DNA from: Octopus vulgaris
Lineage: Eukaryota
Direction of reading: 5' to 3'
Length of the DNA stretch: 64,000 nt
NCBI GenBank assembly: GCA_951406725.2
Contig: OX597831.1
Location: 51,894,001 to 51,958,000 of the forward strand
The notes beneath the pieces were generated by a model. The model ran no database searches and had not been told where the DNA came from. It saw only the letters and a program-made list of their open reading frames with translations. Below are positions 1-12,903 of the stretch, in pieces. The position numbers and the translations under genes were made by a program. Within the stretch, counting starts at the first letter, position 1, and every line of letters begins with the position of its first letter.

Positions 1-12
1 GAAAATAAAATT

Positions 13-51
<39 letters not shown>

Positions 52-276
52 TAGTGTTGAATTTCGGGATGGTCATTTTTGTTTGCCAAATAAACACACG
101 CGCTATATATCTTTTGTTCACTCGTTTATTCCTTTTCTTATTTTATTATTTTTACTCATGTCCATTGTCCGGGACATGAGTTGAAATAATAAAATAAACG
201 AGAGATAAACGAGGGAAGAAAAAATATACAGGATTTCACATCAGGAATCTTGCAAAACGAATTGATAAACGTACAC

Positions 277-349
<73 letters not shown>

Positions 350-375
350 CACACACACACATACATACACACATA

Positions 376-623
376 TTGGGTCAGCGTATAATTATTGCGG
401 CTTTTTTATCAACAAATTTTATTCAGCAAAAACAATAACAATATTTAACAAAAACATCTTTAAATGACGGTCTGACCGTCTGCCAAGCAAATGGTCAGTA
501 ATAATTGAAGTAGATGGTGAATATGCTCCGAAATAATCATATAAAGATGTTTTTGCTACATGTTGTTATTGTTTTTGTTGAATAAAATTTGTGGGAAAAA
601 AGCCGCAATAATTATGTACCAAC

Positions 624-627
<4 letters not shown>
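376..627 (+). mobile_element. Mariner-derived MITE with ~85-bp imperfect TIRs
   Basis: TA|TTGGGTCAGCGTATAATTATTGCGGC...GCCGCAATAATTATGTACCAACCCAA|TA. The core encodes DRLPSKWSVIIEVDGEYAPK*, resembling a mariner transposase C-terminus. Confidence 0.8.
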
Positions 628-674
<47 letters not shown>

Positions 675-777
675 AATGTGAGGATAAAATTCTTTTCGAA
701 AAAAAATATTTTCTCGAAAAAAATTTTATCAATGGCCAGCATATTAAAAAATACCTTTAACGGTTAAATTTATAAAC

Positions 778-912
778 AATTCATAAATGAGGGCAAAGGA
801 AAAAAATTCTAATGCCAAATATGCCGAAAAATTATATGGTTAATGGACAATATGTCCAATTTTTCGGCATATTTGGCATTAGAATTTTTTCCTTTGCCCT
901 CATTTATGAATT
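778..912. repeat. Near-perfect inverted repeat (55-56 bp arms, 24-nt spacer)
   Basis: 778-833 is the reverse complement of 858-912 apart from one A in a run. Confidence 0.9.
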
Positions 913-935
913 ATATATATATATAGGGATGATGA

Positions 936-1100
936 TAGGGAGAGTTTACGAAAAAAACAAAAGACGAAGACAGGTGGTGTACAAAACAAACAGATGTATT
1001 AGTATAAGGCTCAGGAATAGAAAAAGTATTTTACGTTTCGAGCCTATGCTCTTCTACAGAAAGGCACACAGAAAAAACAAGGAGAGAAAAAAAAGGATAT
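936..1100 (-). mobile_element. Penelope-like terminal (pLTR) or retrozyme-like short element with a variant hammerhead motif at 1029-1062
   Basis: Minus strand reads uuu CUGUAGA A GAGC auag GCUC GAAACGUA aaa. Homologous to 40268-40425 and lies next to (TA)n. Confidence 0.6.
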
Positions 1101-1248
1101 ACTCGTATATCAGTACCTATGTCTCGTTACTTTGTACACAAGCATCATGCAATCTGCCTTTCAATCTGTGACAGAATCACTTTGTTACCATCTGAAATAA
1201 TTGCTTCTTGAACTACGTTAATTCAATGAGCGAATACTTCAATTGATC

Positions 1249-1419
1249 GAACAGGGTCTTCGAGGTGGTCATTAAGCTCTGCAGTAATTTTGGGAGCTGT
1301 ACTTTTCTGATCCTTTCTAACAATTCGTGTAAAACTCCAACGGTCCATATCTGAAATTTTGGTTTTTCTTACGGGGTTTTGTTGCAACGAGGAGGTTTTT
1401 CCCTCTTTCTCAAAGGCTG
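1249..1419 (-). mobile_element. Internal fragment of the same Tc1-like family as 3402-4692
   Basis: Its reverse complement aligns to about 3707-3872 (…cccaaaattactgcagagcttaatga…). Confidence 0.85.
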
Positions 1420-1855
1420 AATGCTCATCGTCGAAACCGACGATGAACCATCAACTTCTGTTTATGTATGTATGTTTATGTACATGGATAAAGATGATTG
1501 TAGTCTGGCTATTCTTCATCATTGCAATTATCTTCTGTTTTGTTTGCAAACGTCGTGTTAATGCACGTCTGACAAAGTAAATATAGGCAGTACGGTTATT
1601 GTTTCTAGCTCCCATCTAAAATTGATAGCAGGTGACTAGCTGAGTAATGGGTTAGGGGAGGGAGAAACGTATGTGTGGTGCCGGTATTTAAACGAAGAAC
1701 AACACTATTAAGGCTTCTGTTGTTTCAATATGTCTCGTATGTGAATGAGAGTGTGTGTGTATGTGTGTGTGTGTGCGTGAATGTACACATATGAAAATAT
1801 ATATGTATACACACACGCACACAACCACTAGAACATACATATGTGCGCGTGTATG

Positions 1856-1902
<47 letters not shown>

Positions 1903-2311
1903 TGCATATGCGTGTGTGCATGTGTGTGTGTATGTATGTATATATATATATACATACATATATACACAGATATAGATATATGTATGTGAATGTATAAAAT
2001 ATGTGTAGTATATATATGTGTGTGTGTGTGTTACCTTCCTGACTGTCTTGAGCTGAAAGCTTCCTGTCAGGCAACGCCGTCTCAGCATGCGCTGTAGGAG
2101 TTCTCTCTGACCCTCACTCTGTCAACTTTGGTGTGCCAAAGTTTTGGTTATGTCCCGCCTATCCTACCTCCTCAACAATAATAATCTGCTGACTATGAAC
2201 TCTAATGCAGCTCACATCGCATCGTAATAATGCCTCACTATATATATGTATATATACTTACATATATATATATTCTTTTCTTCTTTTATTATGGATTTAT
2301 TATTATTATAG

Positions 2312-2384
<73 letters not shown>

Positions 2385-2495
2385 TAAAACAGTTTGATTC
2401 GGCCCCATGTTTTAAAGAATAGCATATGTAACTCTACTAAATGCGTTGAGTGCTTATTTCGTTTGTCCGCTCACACGCACACACACGCACGCACG

Positions 2496-2573
<78 letters not shown>

Positions 2574-2679
2574 TATACATACCAGTATATTTTGGAGATA
2601 CCGAGATTTGAATACTTCCTTTTACGCAAGATATATTTTCAAACTTGTATGTAAAGACATAGAAATAAGTATATCAACA

Positions 2680-2829
2680 TGTCTGTGTGGTTAAGCAACT
2701 TACTTTGCGATCCACATGGTTTCGGGTTCACACCCACTGCGCGGCATCTTGTGCAATTGGTTTCTACTGCAGCCCCAGGCTCAATGCCTTGTGAATGAAT
2801 TCAGTCAATGAACACTGCGTGGAAGCCCG

Positions 2830-2894
<65 letters not shown>

Positions 2895-2901
2895 TGTGTG
2901 C

Positions 2902-2937
<36 letters not shown>

Positions 2938-3145
2938 GTGTGTGTTGATGTGTGTGTGTGTGTGCGCGCGTGCGTCCGCTACCACGACTTGACAACCGGT
3001 GTTGGTTTGTTAGCGTAACTTAGTACTTCGGCAAATGAGAACGATAGAATAAGTTCTCGGGTCGATTTGTGCGACTAAAATCTTCAAGGTGGTGCCCCAA
3101 CATGGCTGCAATCCAATTATTGATACAAGTAAAAAGATAAAAGAT
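2680..3145 (+). mobile_element. SINE family A, diverged copy
   Basis: Colinear with 16990-17490. Confidence 0.8.
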
Positions 3146-3401
3146 TTAACATTTTAAGTATCTCTTTTTACATCGATATTGGGTGTACATCCAGCATAGA
3201 CTCCAGATTCCAACTTACTTTCTTATTTTCTCCTCGCTAATGATGGCACGCTTACACGAAACCTGAGATTCCATGCCCCGTGAAGAAATGTTTCCATCAA
3301 AATCTAATATTTCTACGGGTTTTTTTTACATGCATATTTGACCTGTATATTGTATGTGTCCCAGATCACTATACACACACATGCACGTATGTTTATATGT
3401 A

Positions 3402-4692
3402 CAGGGATTTGATAAAATAATGGAAACACCTAGCATCATAGCATAATTTTGAAATATCTATAAAACCGTCAAAAGCTTAATTTTTATGTTTTTTGATTTA
3501 TTATTAGTGTTGCTTAATATGTTTTGCTAAAATTGCTGGGTTCTTTTTAGATATCATCGGAAAAAGGTAATTAAAATTCACTAAAATAACAGATCTAGCG
3601 GACTTTCAAAGAGGTCAAATTGTTGGTGCTCGTATGGCAGGCGCTAACGTAACGAAAACAGCCGAAAAGTTTGGTGTATCAAGAAGCACTGTCTCGAAAG
3701 TAATGACAGCCTTTAAGAAAAAGGGAAAACCTCGTTGAAACAAAACTCCGTAAGGAAACCAAAATTTCAGATAGGGACCGTTGGAACCATAAACGAATTG
3801 TTAGAAAGGATCACAAAAGTACTGCTCCCAAAATTACTGCAGAGCTTAATGATCACCCCAAGAACCCAGTTTCCACAAAAACTGTTCGCCAGGAGCTGCA
3901 CAAAGCCGGGTTTCACGGGAGGGCTGCAATCAGAAAACCATTATTTTCAACAAAAAAAAAATAATAATAATAATAAAAAATAACGTTGCAAAGCGTTTAG
4001 AGTGGAGTAAAACCCTACAGAATTGGTCCCTAGGGCAGTGGAAGAATGTTATTTTCTCGGACGAATCATCCTTTACCTTATTTCCGACCACCGACCGAGT
4101 ATACTTGTGGGGACAGCCAAAAGAAGCATTTGACCCAAACTGCCTTCTTCCAACTGTTAAACATGGAAGAGGATCTGTGATAATCGGGGGTAGGCTATAT
4201 CTTAGAAATCCGCTGGCCTAATGGTTTCCCTTCATGGCAGAATTAATAGTCAAAACTATTTAAGCATTTTATCTGATCAAATTCATTCCGTGGTTGCGGA
4301 ATTGTTTCCGGAGGGAAACGCAATCTTTCAGGATGATGATGCACCAATTCACACAGCTAAAGTTGTTACTGAATGGTACGAGGAACATTCTAGTGAGGTT
4401 GGACATCTTATCTGGCCACCACAGTCCCCAGATCTCAATATTATTGAACATTTATGGTGCATTTTAGAAAAACAAGTAAGGAGTCGCTATCCTCCACTAT
4501 CATCACTGCACAAAGTGGAGACTGTTTTAGCTTAAGAATGAAGAAAACTTCCTTTGGAAACAATTCAAACTTTGTATGAATCCAAACCTCGTAGAATACA
4601 AGCTGTAATTACTGCCAAAGGCGGCCCTACCCCATATTAAAATTAATTTGTTTGAAATTTTAAGGTGCTTCCATTATTTTGTCCAACCCTTG
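3402..4692 (+). mobile_element. Full-length but defective Tc1-like DNA transposon with DD36E spacing (Incomer-like)
   Basis: TA TSDs at 3400-01 and 4693-94, ~30-bp TIRs (CAGGGATTTGATAAAATAATGGAAACACCT / CAAGGGTTGGACAAAATAATGGAAGCACCT), length 1291 bp. Confidence 0.92.
3586..4640 (+). pseudogene. Tc1-family transposase pseudogene (start codon lost, frameshifts and stops)
   Basis: HTH region DFQRGQIVGARMAGANVTKTAEKFGVSRSTVSK, then WKNVIFSDES and FQDDDAPIH…WPPQSPDLNIIEHLW. Confidence 0.9.
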
Positions 4693-4807
4693 TATGTATG
4701 AATGTATATATTGTATTATGTATGATGTGTAAGTCTACGTACGTATAAATGTATGTGTCTGTCTGTCTGATGTCTGTCTGTCTGATGTCTGTCTGATATC
4801 TGTCTGA

Positions 4808-4838
<31 letters not shown>

Positions 4839-5082
4839 ATGTATGTATGTATGTATGTATGTATGTACGCATGTATGTATATGCATATAGTCCACTTTCC
4901 ATGCTTCCTTGCTTGAGTTTGCAACAAAAGGCAGAATTTGAATTGCCTGTCAACCCAGTATGTTTCCTATATACACACATATATACACACATATATATAC
5001 ATACAAACAACTGCGCGCGTGAGTGTGATGTGTATTACTAATGTTATTAATATTTAGTGTACAACTTCTGTATCTTCTGCAG

Positions 5083-5190
5083 GTCTCCTACAGCAACGCC
5101 AACCCAATACCGAAATACCGCCGTCTCTACCTCTCTGGCAAATATTATGCTGTACCTTTAGCTCTCCCAAATTACGCGGCATTTATGGAG
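5083..5190 (+). CDS. DUF885-family protein, first exon in window (VSYSNANPIPKYRRLYLSGKYYAVPLALPNYAAFME); upstream exons lie outside the window
   Basis: Acceptor ctgcag| at 5081-82, donor |gtaggt at 5191, 108 nt, phase 0. Joins the next exon to give the DUF885 motif AFMEGWATYAE. Confidence 0.85.
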
Positions 5191-5786
5191 GTAGGTTCCC
5201 TGCTTTCTTCGTTGATGACTCACATTTTTTCCCTTCCTTCTCGCTGTTTGTAATTGCTGTTAATATTGTTATTGTTGTTGTTTAGACCCCCAAAATAACC
5301 CTCAACAAGTCGATGAAGGCTGTCCTACCGAAACTATTCCATTTTTACACTAGGGGGCAATTTTAGAGAGATTTACTTGATATTGCCAGCCAGCCAGCCA
5401 GCCAGCCCTGAAAATACCAGAGCTATAATCAAAAGTACTTTTTAAATCAGGTGTAGTGTCTCTTGGACTACGTTATCTAATGTGCATTTTTTAAAATAAG
5501 AAAGTAACGAGTAATATCAGGAAGATTTGGCTGTTGTTTCTTGCAGGGTATTCATGTGGATACTTCCCCTAGACTTGTTATTGATGTGTGGTTGCTGTTT
5601 TTAGTTCCAAGAAGGAAAAGTTGATAGAAATGTGTATGTGTTTATATTCATTGTATACATTCTTCCAACGTTTTTAAAAATATTTTTTCGTTTCATATTT
5701 CTACACATTTCCAGTCAAGCATTTTGATTGTCCTACTTCATGTATTATTTGTTTGCTTGTCTCTTTCTTGCCTCGTAATCTATCTA

Positions 5787-5817
<31 letters not shown>

Positions 5818-5910
5818 GTCTGCATGCGTGCGTGCGTGTGTGTGTGTGTATGTGTATGTTTGTGTGTGTGAATTATGTGAATTCTAACAATTTTCATTTA
5901 TTCTTTAAAG

Positions 5911-5975
5911 GGTTGGGCAACTTACGCTGAATTTCTCGGTGAAGAATTGAATCTCTATAAAGATCCCTATGAATT
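5911..5975 (+). CDS. DUF885-family protein exon (GWATYAEFLGEELNLYKDPYE[L])
   Basis: tttaaag| acceptor, |gtaagt donor, ends in phase 2. Carries the EGWAxYxE signature. Confidence 0.9.
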
Positions 5976-6259
5976 GTAAGTAGTTTCATAACTTGTCTCA
6001 AGTTTGTTGTTGTTTCTGTTGCTATCTTTTATTCCAGATCAACCCTAGCCGAGTAGAACCATCATCAAAAGTGCCACCATTGGGCGGTTTTGAGTACCTT
6101 GGTTTAAAATAGCTAATGAACTATCACATATTTTCAGACAGCAACTTGTGGTTTGAGGGAGATTTAACTACTACTTATAGTCAATTGAACGGTCACATAT
6201 AGGATTATGTATGTATATGCATGTACATGTATGTTTTGATTCTAAGTATTTCAGTGTGT

Positions 6260-6850
6260 ATTTATTGATAAAACGGCCTTATTTAGCAAGAATTGAGTCT
6301 CTTAAAATAGTATATTTCTCTTTGTAGCACATTTCTCATTTTAAAAACCGATCTTAGATGTAGCAGCGTGATCGACCATTGACCATTTTTTTAAATGTTG
6401 TCTTTTAGCTTCCATATATACATTGACGAAGTAGTGCGCCTTTTTCTTTGGGTCTGGATGCATACATATCTTAAATGATTTTTTCTTAACATGAATATGG
6501 TTTAGATTCTAGCCAGTATTAGTACGAATATTAAGATTAATGAGGATTTCCTTTGTCTATTTTTCATCTTCCCTTGACTGTTCTTTGTCTTTCTTTGTCT
6601 AATTTTATCTATTTTTCTTCGTTTAAAGGGAACTTATAAGGCACCGTTGTAATAAATGGCGACGCTGTTAAATTTATTTTCACCTAACTGTATGTTAGAA
6701 ATGGGCCTACTTATATCAACTTTTTAATTTTCTAACCATTGGAGGTGGATGATTTGAATGTTCATTTATGTTAGAAGAATATTTGCTAGTATGTTGATCT
6801 TAAGTAATGTCGAAAATAATCACTATACTTAAATTAGTTTCGCTATAGTT
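6260..6850 (-). mobile_element. Decayed Penelope-like element ORF (RT thumb to GIY-YIG region)
   Basis: Minus-strand peptides INEHSNHPPPMVRKL…ISRPISNI…NKFNSVAIYYNGAL and TTSSMYIWKLKDN…KEKYTIL resemble PLE motifs SNHPP and TxLSxYIWxLK. Confidence 0.7.
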
Positions 6851-7277
6851 TTTAGGTTTAACTCTGAAAATGTTGATAATAGCTCATATGACTGTAACTA
6901 AAAATGCTGTAGTCTTTCTATAATCCAAAGCCAACTGAAGATAATCTATAGCTGTATCAATCGACATATTTCAGAAGGAACAACCGATCGAGTTGAAACA
7001 CTGAATTTCCTGATTTAAAAAGCAAAAAATTGTCCTTAATATGCATCTTCGAAAAATAAAATGTATGCATGATTTTGATATCAGTATCACAGAGCAGCGA
7101 AATTATCGTTCCAAATATTGAGGCTTTTACAAGAAAAGGTTTAAATAACATAGGATAGAATTCAACAGTGTTTAACTGAGTGTAATTTAATTACTATAAT
7201 TACCGAAGTGCTATTATTGTAGTTCAGCAGATTGATTTCTTGTTTGATATCAAAAGTAGTCAACTTTAAAATGTTCG

Positions 7278-7691
7278 GGATCTTTTCGGTTTGAACGGCA
7301 GTTTTTTCTAGCGGTGTCATATGAAATTGTCACCATAATTATGATCCTAGAATCGATCTATTGCATTTCAATCTCTTTTAGGGTTAGGGTTAGGGGTGGG
7401 GTAAGGGTATCTTTTTTTCTTCACAAATGTAAATAAACCCAATCTATTTCTTAAACGAGGGACATATTCATACGGCACAGAATGCTTTTTAACTCAATAG
7501 ACGTCACTGATTGGTTGAAATTTCAGAAATTGAAGAAAAAAACAACAAATATCTTACAAACTATAGAATTTTCTCAGTAAAGCCAAGAGAAAAAAATGTT
7601 TTATAAACACATTCTACCAGTATACGAAGTTTAAAATTTTTTAGTTACCTAGAAATTATGTTAAAAACTGCCGTTCAAACCGAAAAAATCC
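7278..7691. mobile_element. MITE with 9-bp TSD (Mutator/Merlin-like)
   Basis: Exact TSD aaatgttcg at 7269-77 and 7692-7700, 29-bp TIRs GGATCTTTTCGGTTTGAACGGCAGTTTTT, internal (TTAGGG)3. Confidence 0.88.
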
Positions 7692-8309
7692 AAATGTTCG
7701 TACTAGTTTTATTTAACCTACCCTTCGCTGGATCTATCAATATACACTTAAGATTTACTCAGAGATTATCTTTATGGTCTTTAAAGTAATATAAGAACTA
7801 CTTTCAGTTAACGGCTCTATTTTGTCATCTGATTTATGCTTAACCTTTGCTCCCATGCTTTTAGCATAATGAATTCGTTCGTATTAGAGTTAGCTGTGTC
7901 TGGTATTGTTTATGTAAAGAGGTTTATGTGAACGTCAGTATGTTTCAGAAAGGTTCTTTTACCTGTTTCAGTCATTAGACTGCAGTCATTCTTGAAGAAT
8001 TCTTAGCCGAATGGATCGACCCCAGAAAAAAGAACGGATTGAGCCTGCTTTATTGCATAATGCTACAATTGTTTCATCTCCACTTTATTATGCTATAAAA
8101 AGTGTTTGCTTAACTTTTTTTAAAATTACTTTTTTAAACATACTCTATAGATTTTCACGGATTTCCGGAAGTATTTTCAGTAATACAATCGATTTTTGCC
8201 ATAAAACCGTATCTGTAGGCCAACACCGGTAGACAGGCTTTCTAAAGCAAACTATAAGGTTTATACCCATCTTGAATTGATGTACTTACCTACCTACCTA
8301 CCTACCTAC

Positions 8310-8473
<164 letters not shown>

Positions 8474-8711
8474 TAGACAAATATTATCCGTATAGAAAAC
8501 ACTTCGTAGTGCTCAAGATTTGAACTCGAGCAGGTAGAGGACTAAATGTAAGGATAAGCAAGTTAAGCAAGTCGATATAAAAAAAGTATTAAATACATTT
8601 AATGCAAAAAATGTTTACATATAAAAAAGGTCCGACTTACACAGAATTTTGCCGTAAAACCGTATCTGTAAGCCAACACCGGTAGACAAGTTTTCTAAGG
8701 CAAACTATAAG

Positions 8712-9010
8712 TTCAAATTACGATGAAAGTAAACAAACTTCGTTTGTTTACTTTCATCGTAAGCTGAATGTAACGTTAGCATCTTATAAAGCTAGAGTTA
8801 TAAATCCGAAAATTGCAGAACATTTCGTTAATGGGCATTTTAGTTTAAAGGTAAAGCACTTGACGCGTAATCACTGAGATGTGAGGTCGAGTCTCGTGGA
8901 TAGCCGGCAACGATTTTTTCCCCCTGTAATATGGATAGTTTATCCTGTTCATGCTTATCGTATTAGTATTATCATGCGTTTCAAAATAAATTATTTCTGT
9001 ATCTTTCAAG
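8712..9010 (+). mobile_element. 299-bp insertion with a 7-bp TSD, a 21-bp perfect hairpin and a degenerate tRNA-like segment (~8833-8905)
   Basis: TSD ctataag at 8705-11 and 9011-17. The empty site is visible in the local duplicate at 8189-8300. Confidence 0.7.
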
Positions 9011-9216
9011 CTATAAGGTTTATACCCATCTTGAGTTGATGTACTTAAATACTTACCTACCTACTTATATATATATATATATATATCAGGAATTAAAGGG
9101 GTTGAATAAGAATTTTACGAATCTCACAGCTGTTTCTGGGGGTGCTTGGTGGTCCAAAATAATGATCTAATATTTTTTGTATATCGACTTGTCTAGCTTG
9201 CTTGTTCTTACATTTA

Positions 9217-9284
<68 letters not shown>

Positions 9285-9481
9285 AGCTAACCCATCGTCC
9301 GACGATGGCTTAGCCAGTTAAAACTTAGAAGTCCCCGTGAAGACTATTCTTGTATTAGAATAATACATGTGTACGCTACAAAAGTATAGAATAACCTGTC
9401 AGATTAATGTAAAATTGTTTTTTTATAATTGAACATAAAAGCAAACAATGGTACACACATACATACATACATACATATACA

Positions 9482-9599
<118 letters not shown>

Positions 9600-9632
9600 T
9601 ATATATATGTACATACACATACACACACATAC

Positions 9633-10379
9633 TGTTACGACCTGGTGGCCATAACCCGAATTTACACAACCAACAAGGATGGGGTGAACCCAAAACAACA
9701 ACACACCATGAAGTTTTTTGTAAAATTTTATTAACAATTAAGTGTCAGCATAAAAAACAGCCTACGTACAAAACAAATATAAACGAACAAAATTAAATTA
9801 ATGATACACGAGACATGCAGTCAAAATATTTATAAAGGTAATATATATACATATTTCACCAATTTGATATCACAAACTTGGATTCGTAATTCTGGATTCA
9901 CAAATTTTGGTTTCACCAAAATTAGCCTCACAAATTTGGTTTTCAAAAAATATGGATTCCGAAAATTTGGATTTCATAAAATCTGGCTTCACAAATTCAG
10001 TTTTCGAACTTTGGATTTCGAACCTTGGACCCAGGTGTGATACAGAAATTATTTTAAAAGTGGCGAGCAAAAAGTTCTGGCGAATTCCTGGAGCATAAAA
10101 TAATTTCATAAATGCCTAACACAAAGCACAAAATGCATAAACTAAACAGGCAATCACAGCTTCCAGAATCCAATTGAACCTTGTCTCACAGAAAAACCTG
10201 TCACACAAAAACTGGGGTTACAATTATCTCTGTTTATAAAAGTTAGCTATGGTCTAGCCAATTTGTTAGAGTTTCACAGTTAGGCTATTAACACCTAGCC
10301 TCCCCCATTTTGACAATGGGCTTCGTCCTGACCTTACAGTGCAGCATGAAAACTGTCTGTTTACCTGTTTAACTTAACA
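9633..10379 (-). mobile_element. Possible solo LTR with an internal ~15-nt degenerate tandem array (9853-10030)
   Basis: TGTTA…TAACA ends and a minus-strand TATAAA followed by AATAAA. No clear TSD. Confidence 0.35.
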
Positions 10380-10449
10380 TTGCACGATAAAACGTCTTTA
10401 TCGATTTTATAATTTCCTAATACATATATATACATATATACATATATAT

Positions 10450-10652
10450 GTGGAGGCTTAGTGGTTAGGGTGTCAGCATCATGATTGTGGTTTCGATTCC
10501 TGGACCGGGCGACGCTTTGCTCCAGTCCACTCAACTTGCAAAAATGAGTAACGCTGCGATGGACTGGCGTCCCGTCCAGCTGGGGAACACATACGCCATT
10601 GAAACCGGGAAACCGGGCCCATGAGCCTGGCTAGGCTTTAAAAGGGCGCATT
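10450..10652 (+). mobile_element. tRNA-derived SINE of a separate family (related 5' fragment at 16710-16845)
   Basis: A/B-box-like head (agtggttaggg…gtttcgattcc) and core ctgcgatggactggcgtcccgtccag…gaaaccggg. Confidence 0.7.
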
Positions 10653-10699
10653 TATGTTTTTTTATTCTATACATATATGTATATCTATGTATGCACGTA

Positions 10700-10771
<72 letters not shown>

Positions 10772-11154
10772 TGCAAACGCATATAAACAGTCGTTCAAAT
10801 AAATTCATATACAGAGTGAGAGAAAGAGCAACGCAAAAGTAGACGTCTTATAAAAATTTATCTTCCATCCTCTAACCAAAATTTTCAAGAACTCATCTCA
10901 ACAGTATTGTATATCGCGACAGTGAAGCCCTCTACTGGCTTGATATATCATTTATTTCTCTATTTACTTGTTAACTTACGTCCTTGGCATCTTTAACGAA
11001 ACCCATCCACGCCAAATTACATCAGTGTTCACTTCCAGCGTCACAAGAACAAACAAAACTAATTGAGTGCATAAGTACTGTGGCAGAAAAGTTTTTCCAC
11101 TCTTTGAAATGGTCTTAAAGCAAAAATTCCACTCATACATACACATACACATGA

Positions 11155-11220
<66 letters not shown>

Positions 11221-11511
11221 GTGGGTGCGTATTTGTGCAAAGGAGCCAGAGGAAGTGTCAGAGTGCGTGTATGTGGCGGGGTTGTGTGTGTGTGGGTGCG
11301 TGTGTGTGTGTGGGTGCGTGTGTGTGTGTGTGTGCGTGTGTATGTTTGTGTTCGTGTATGTGTGTGTATGTTTGTAAACACGTACTTCCTCTTCCTCTAG
11401 TGTATGTCTGAGCGCGCATGTGAGTGGGTGTCTGTATGTGTGTGTATGCGTGCGCGTATGCGGAGTAGGTGGCGTGGTGGTGTCTGTATATATGTATATA
11501 TGTGTGTGTTA

Positions 11512-11587
<76 letters not shown>

Positions 11588-11929
11588 TGTGCTTGAGTGT
11601 ATGTTTGAGAGTGTCTGTATGTCTGTGTGTGTGTGTATGTGTGTGTGCGTGTGTAGATATGTATACTATGGTTTTGTCTATATACACAGCCACGCTCACA
11701 CCCACGCGCACACACATGTATAAATATTTATATACATTCGTATACACACATCAAAGTAATTAAAAATGAATTATGTCATAAAAAATTAATATCCAACACA
11801 ATATACAATATATCTTAGAATTACCATAAGCTCAGCATAATAAATATAAAAATAAAAAAGGATCTCTCACATATGGATACTCACATGTAGACAGACAAGA
11901 CACACACACACACACACACATAATCACAC

Positions 11930-12290
11930 AGGCACTCACACACATATTCAAACACACACACGCACACACACACAAGCACTCACACACATACTCAAACACA
12001 CACACGCACACACACACAAGCACTCACACACATACTCAAACACACACACGCACACACACACAAGCACTCACACACATACTCAAACACACACACGCACACA
12101 CACAATCACTCACACACATACTCAAACACACACACGCACACACACACAAGCACTCACACACATACTCAAACACACACGCGCACACACACACACACACACA
12201 CAAGCACTCACACACATACTCAAACACACACACGCGCACACACACACACACACACACAAGCACTCACACACATACTCAAACACACACACG
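11930..12290. repeat. Minisatellite, ~42-48 bp unit (cacacacaagcactcacacacatactcaaacacacacacg), about 8 copies
   Basis: Regular recurrence of aagcactcacacacatactcaaac. Confidence 0.9.
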
Positions 12291-12568
12291 CAATGGTTTA
12301 AATTTGGTAGAGTAACTAAAGTTAACGGATCAGACCTAGGGTCGCCCATGATATATTTACGAGTAATTGAGGTTACCACAAGGTGCCTTTCCACGGCAAG
12401 AGTTTATGCCTTAAACATACGACTATAGTTGGGTGAACTAAAATATCTAGTTCTCACTCACTGTTTGGCATACTACATTGTATGTATGCATGTACGTGTG
12501 TGCGTATGCATATATATATATATATATATAAATGCGTATGTGTGTGTGTGCATATATATACCTGTATA

Positions 12569-12798
12569 AGGCGGCGAGCTGGCAGAATCGTTAGCACGCC
12601 GTGCAAAATGCCTAGCAGTATTTCGTCTGTCGTTACGTTCTGAGTTCAAATTCCGCCGAGGTTGACTTTGCCTTTCATCCTTTCGGGGTCGATAAATTAA
12701 GTACCAGTTTCGCACTGGGGTCGATGTAATCGACTTAATCCCTTTGTCTGTCCTTGTTTGTCCCCTCTGTGTTTAGCCCCTTGTGGGTAATAAAGAAA
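12569..12798 (+). mobile_element. SINE family B (ggcggcgagctggcagaa…)
   Basis: B-box gagttcaaattcc, 18-bp TSD catatatatacctgtata, near-identical to the 20621 and 36520 copies. Confidence 0.9.
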
Positions 12799-12826
12799 CA
12801 TATATATACCTGTATATATGTGTGTG

Positions 12827-12903
<77 letters not shown>

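Noticed and set aside
3240-3266. MMARLHET as the missing DUF885 zinc-binding exon
   Set aside because: It is followed at once by TGA, with no PGHH and no suitable splice sites.
7378-7395. (TTAGGG)3 as a telomere or fusion scar
   Set aside because: Only three units, and they lie inside a TSD-bounded MITE.
8833-8905. Functional tRNA-Thr gene, and tRNA-like SINE heads elsewhere
   Set aside because: Acceptor and anticodon stems do not pair properly, and the SINE heads continue into repeat bodies.
11930-12290. CRISPR-like periodicity (also 61838-62100)
   Set aside because: No unique spacers, no cas genes, eukaryotic context.
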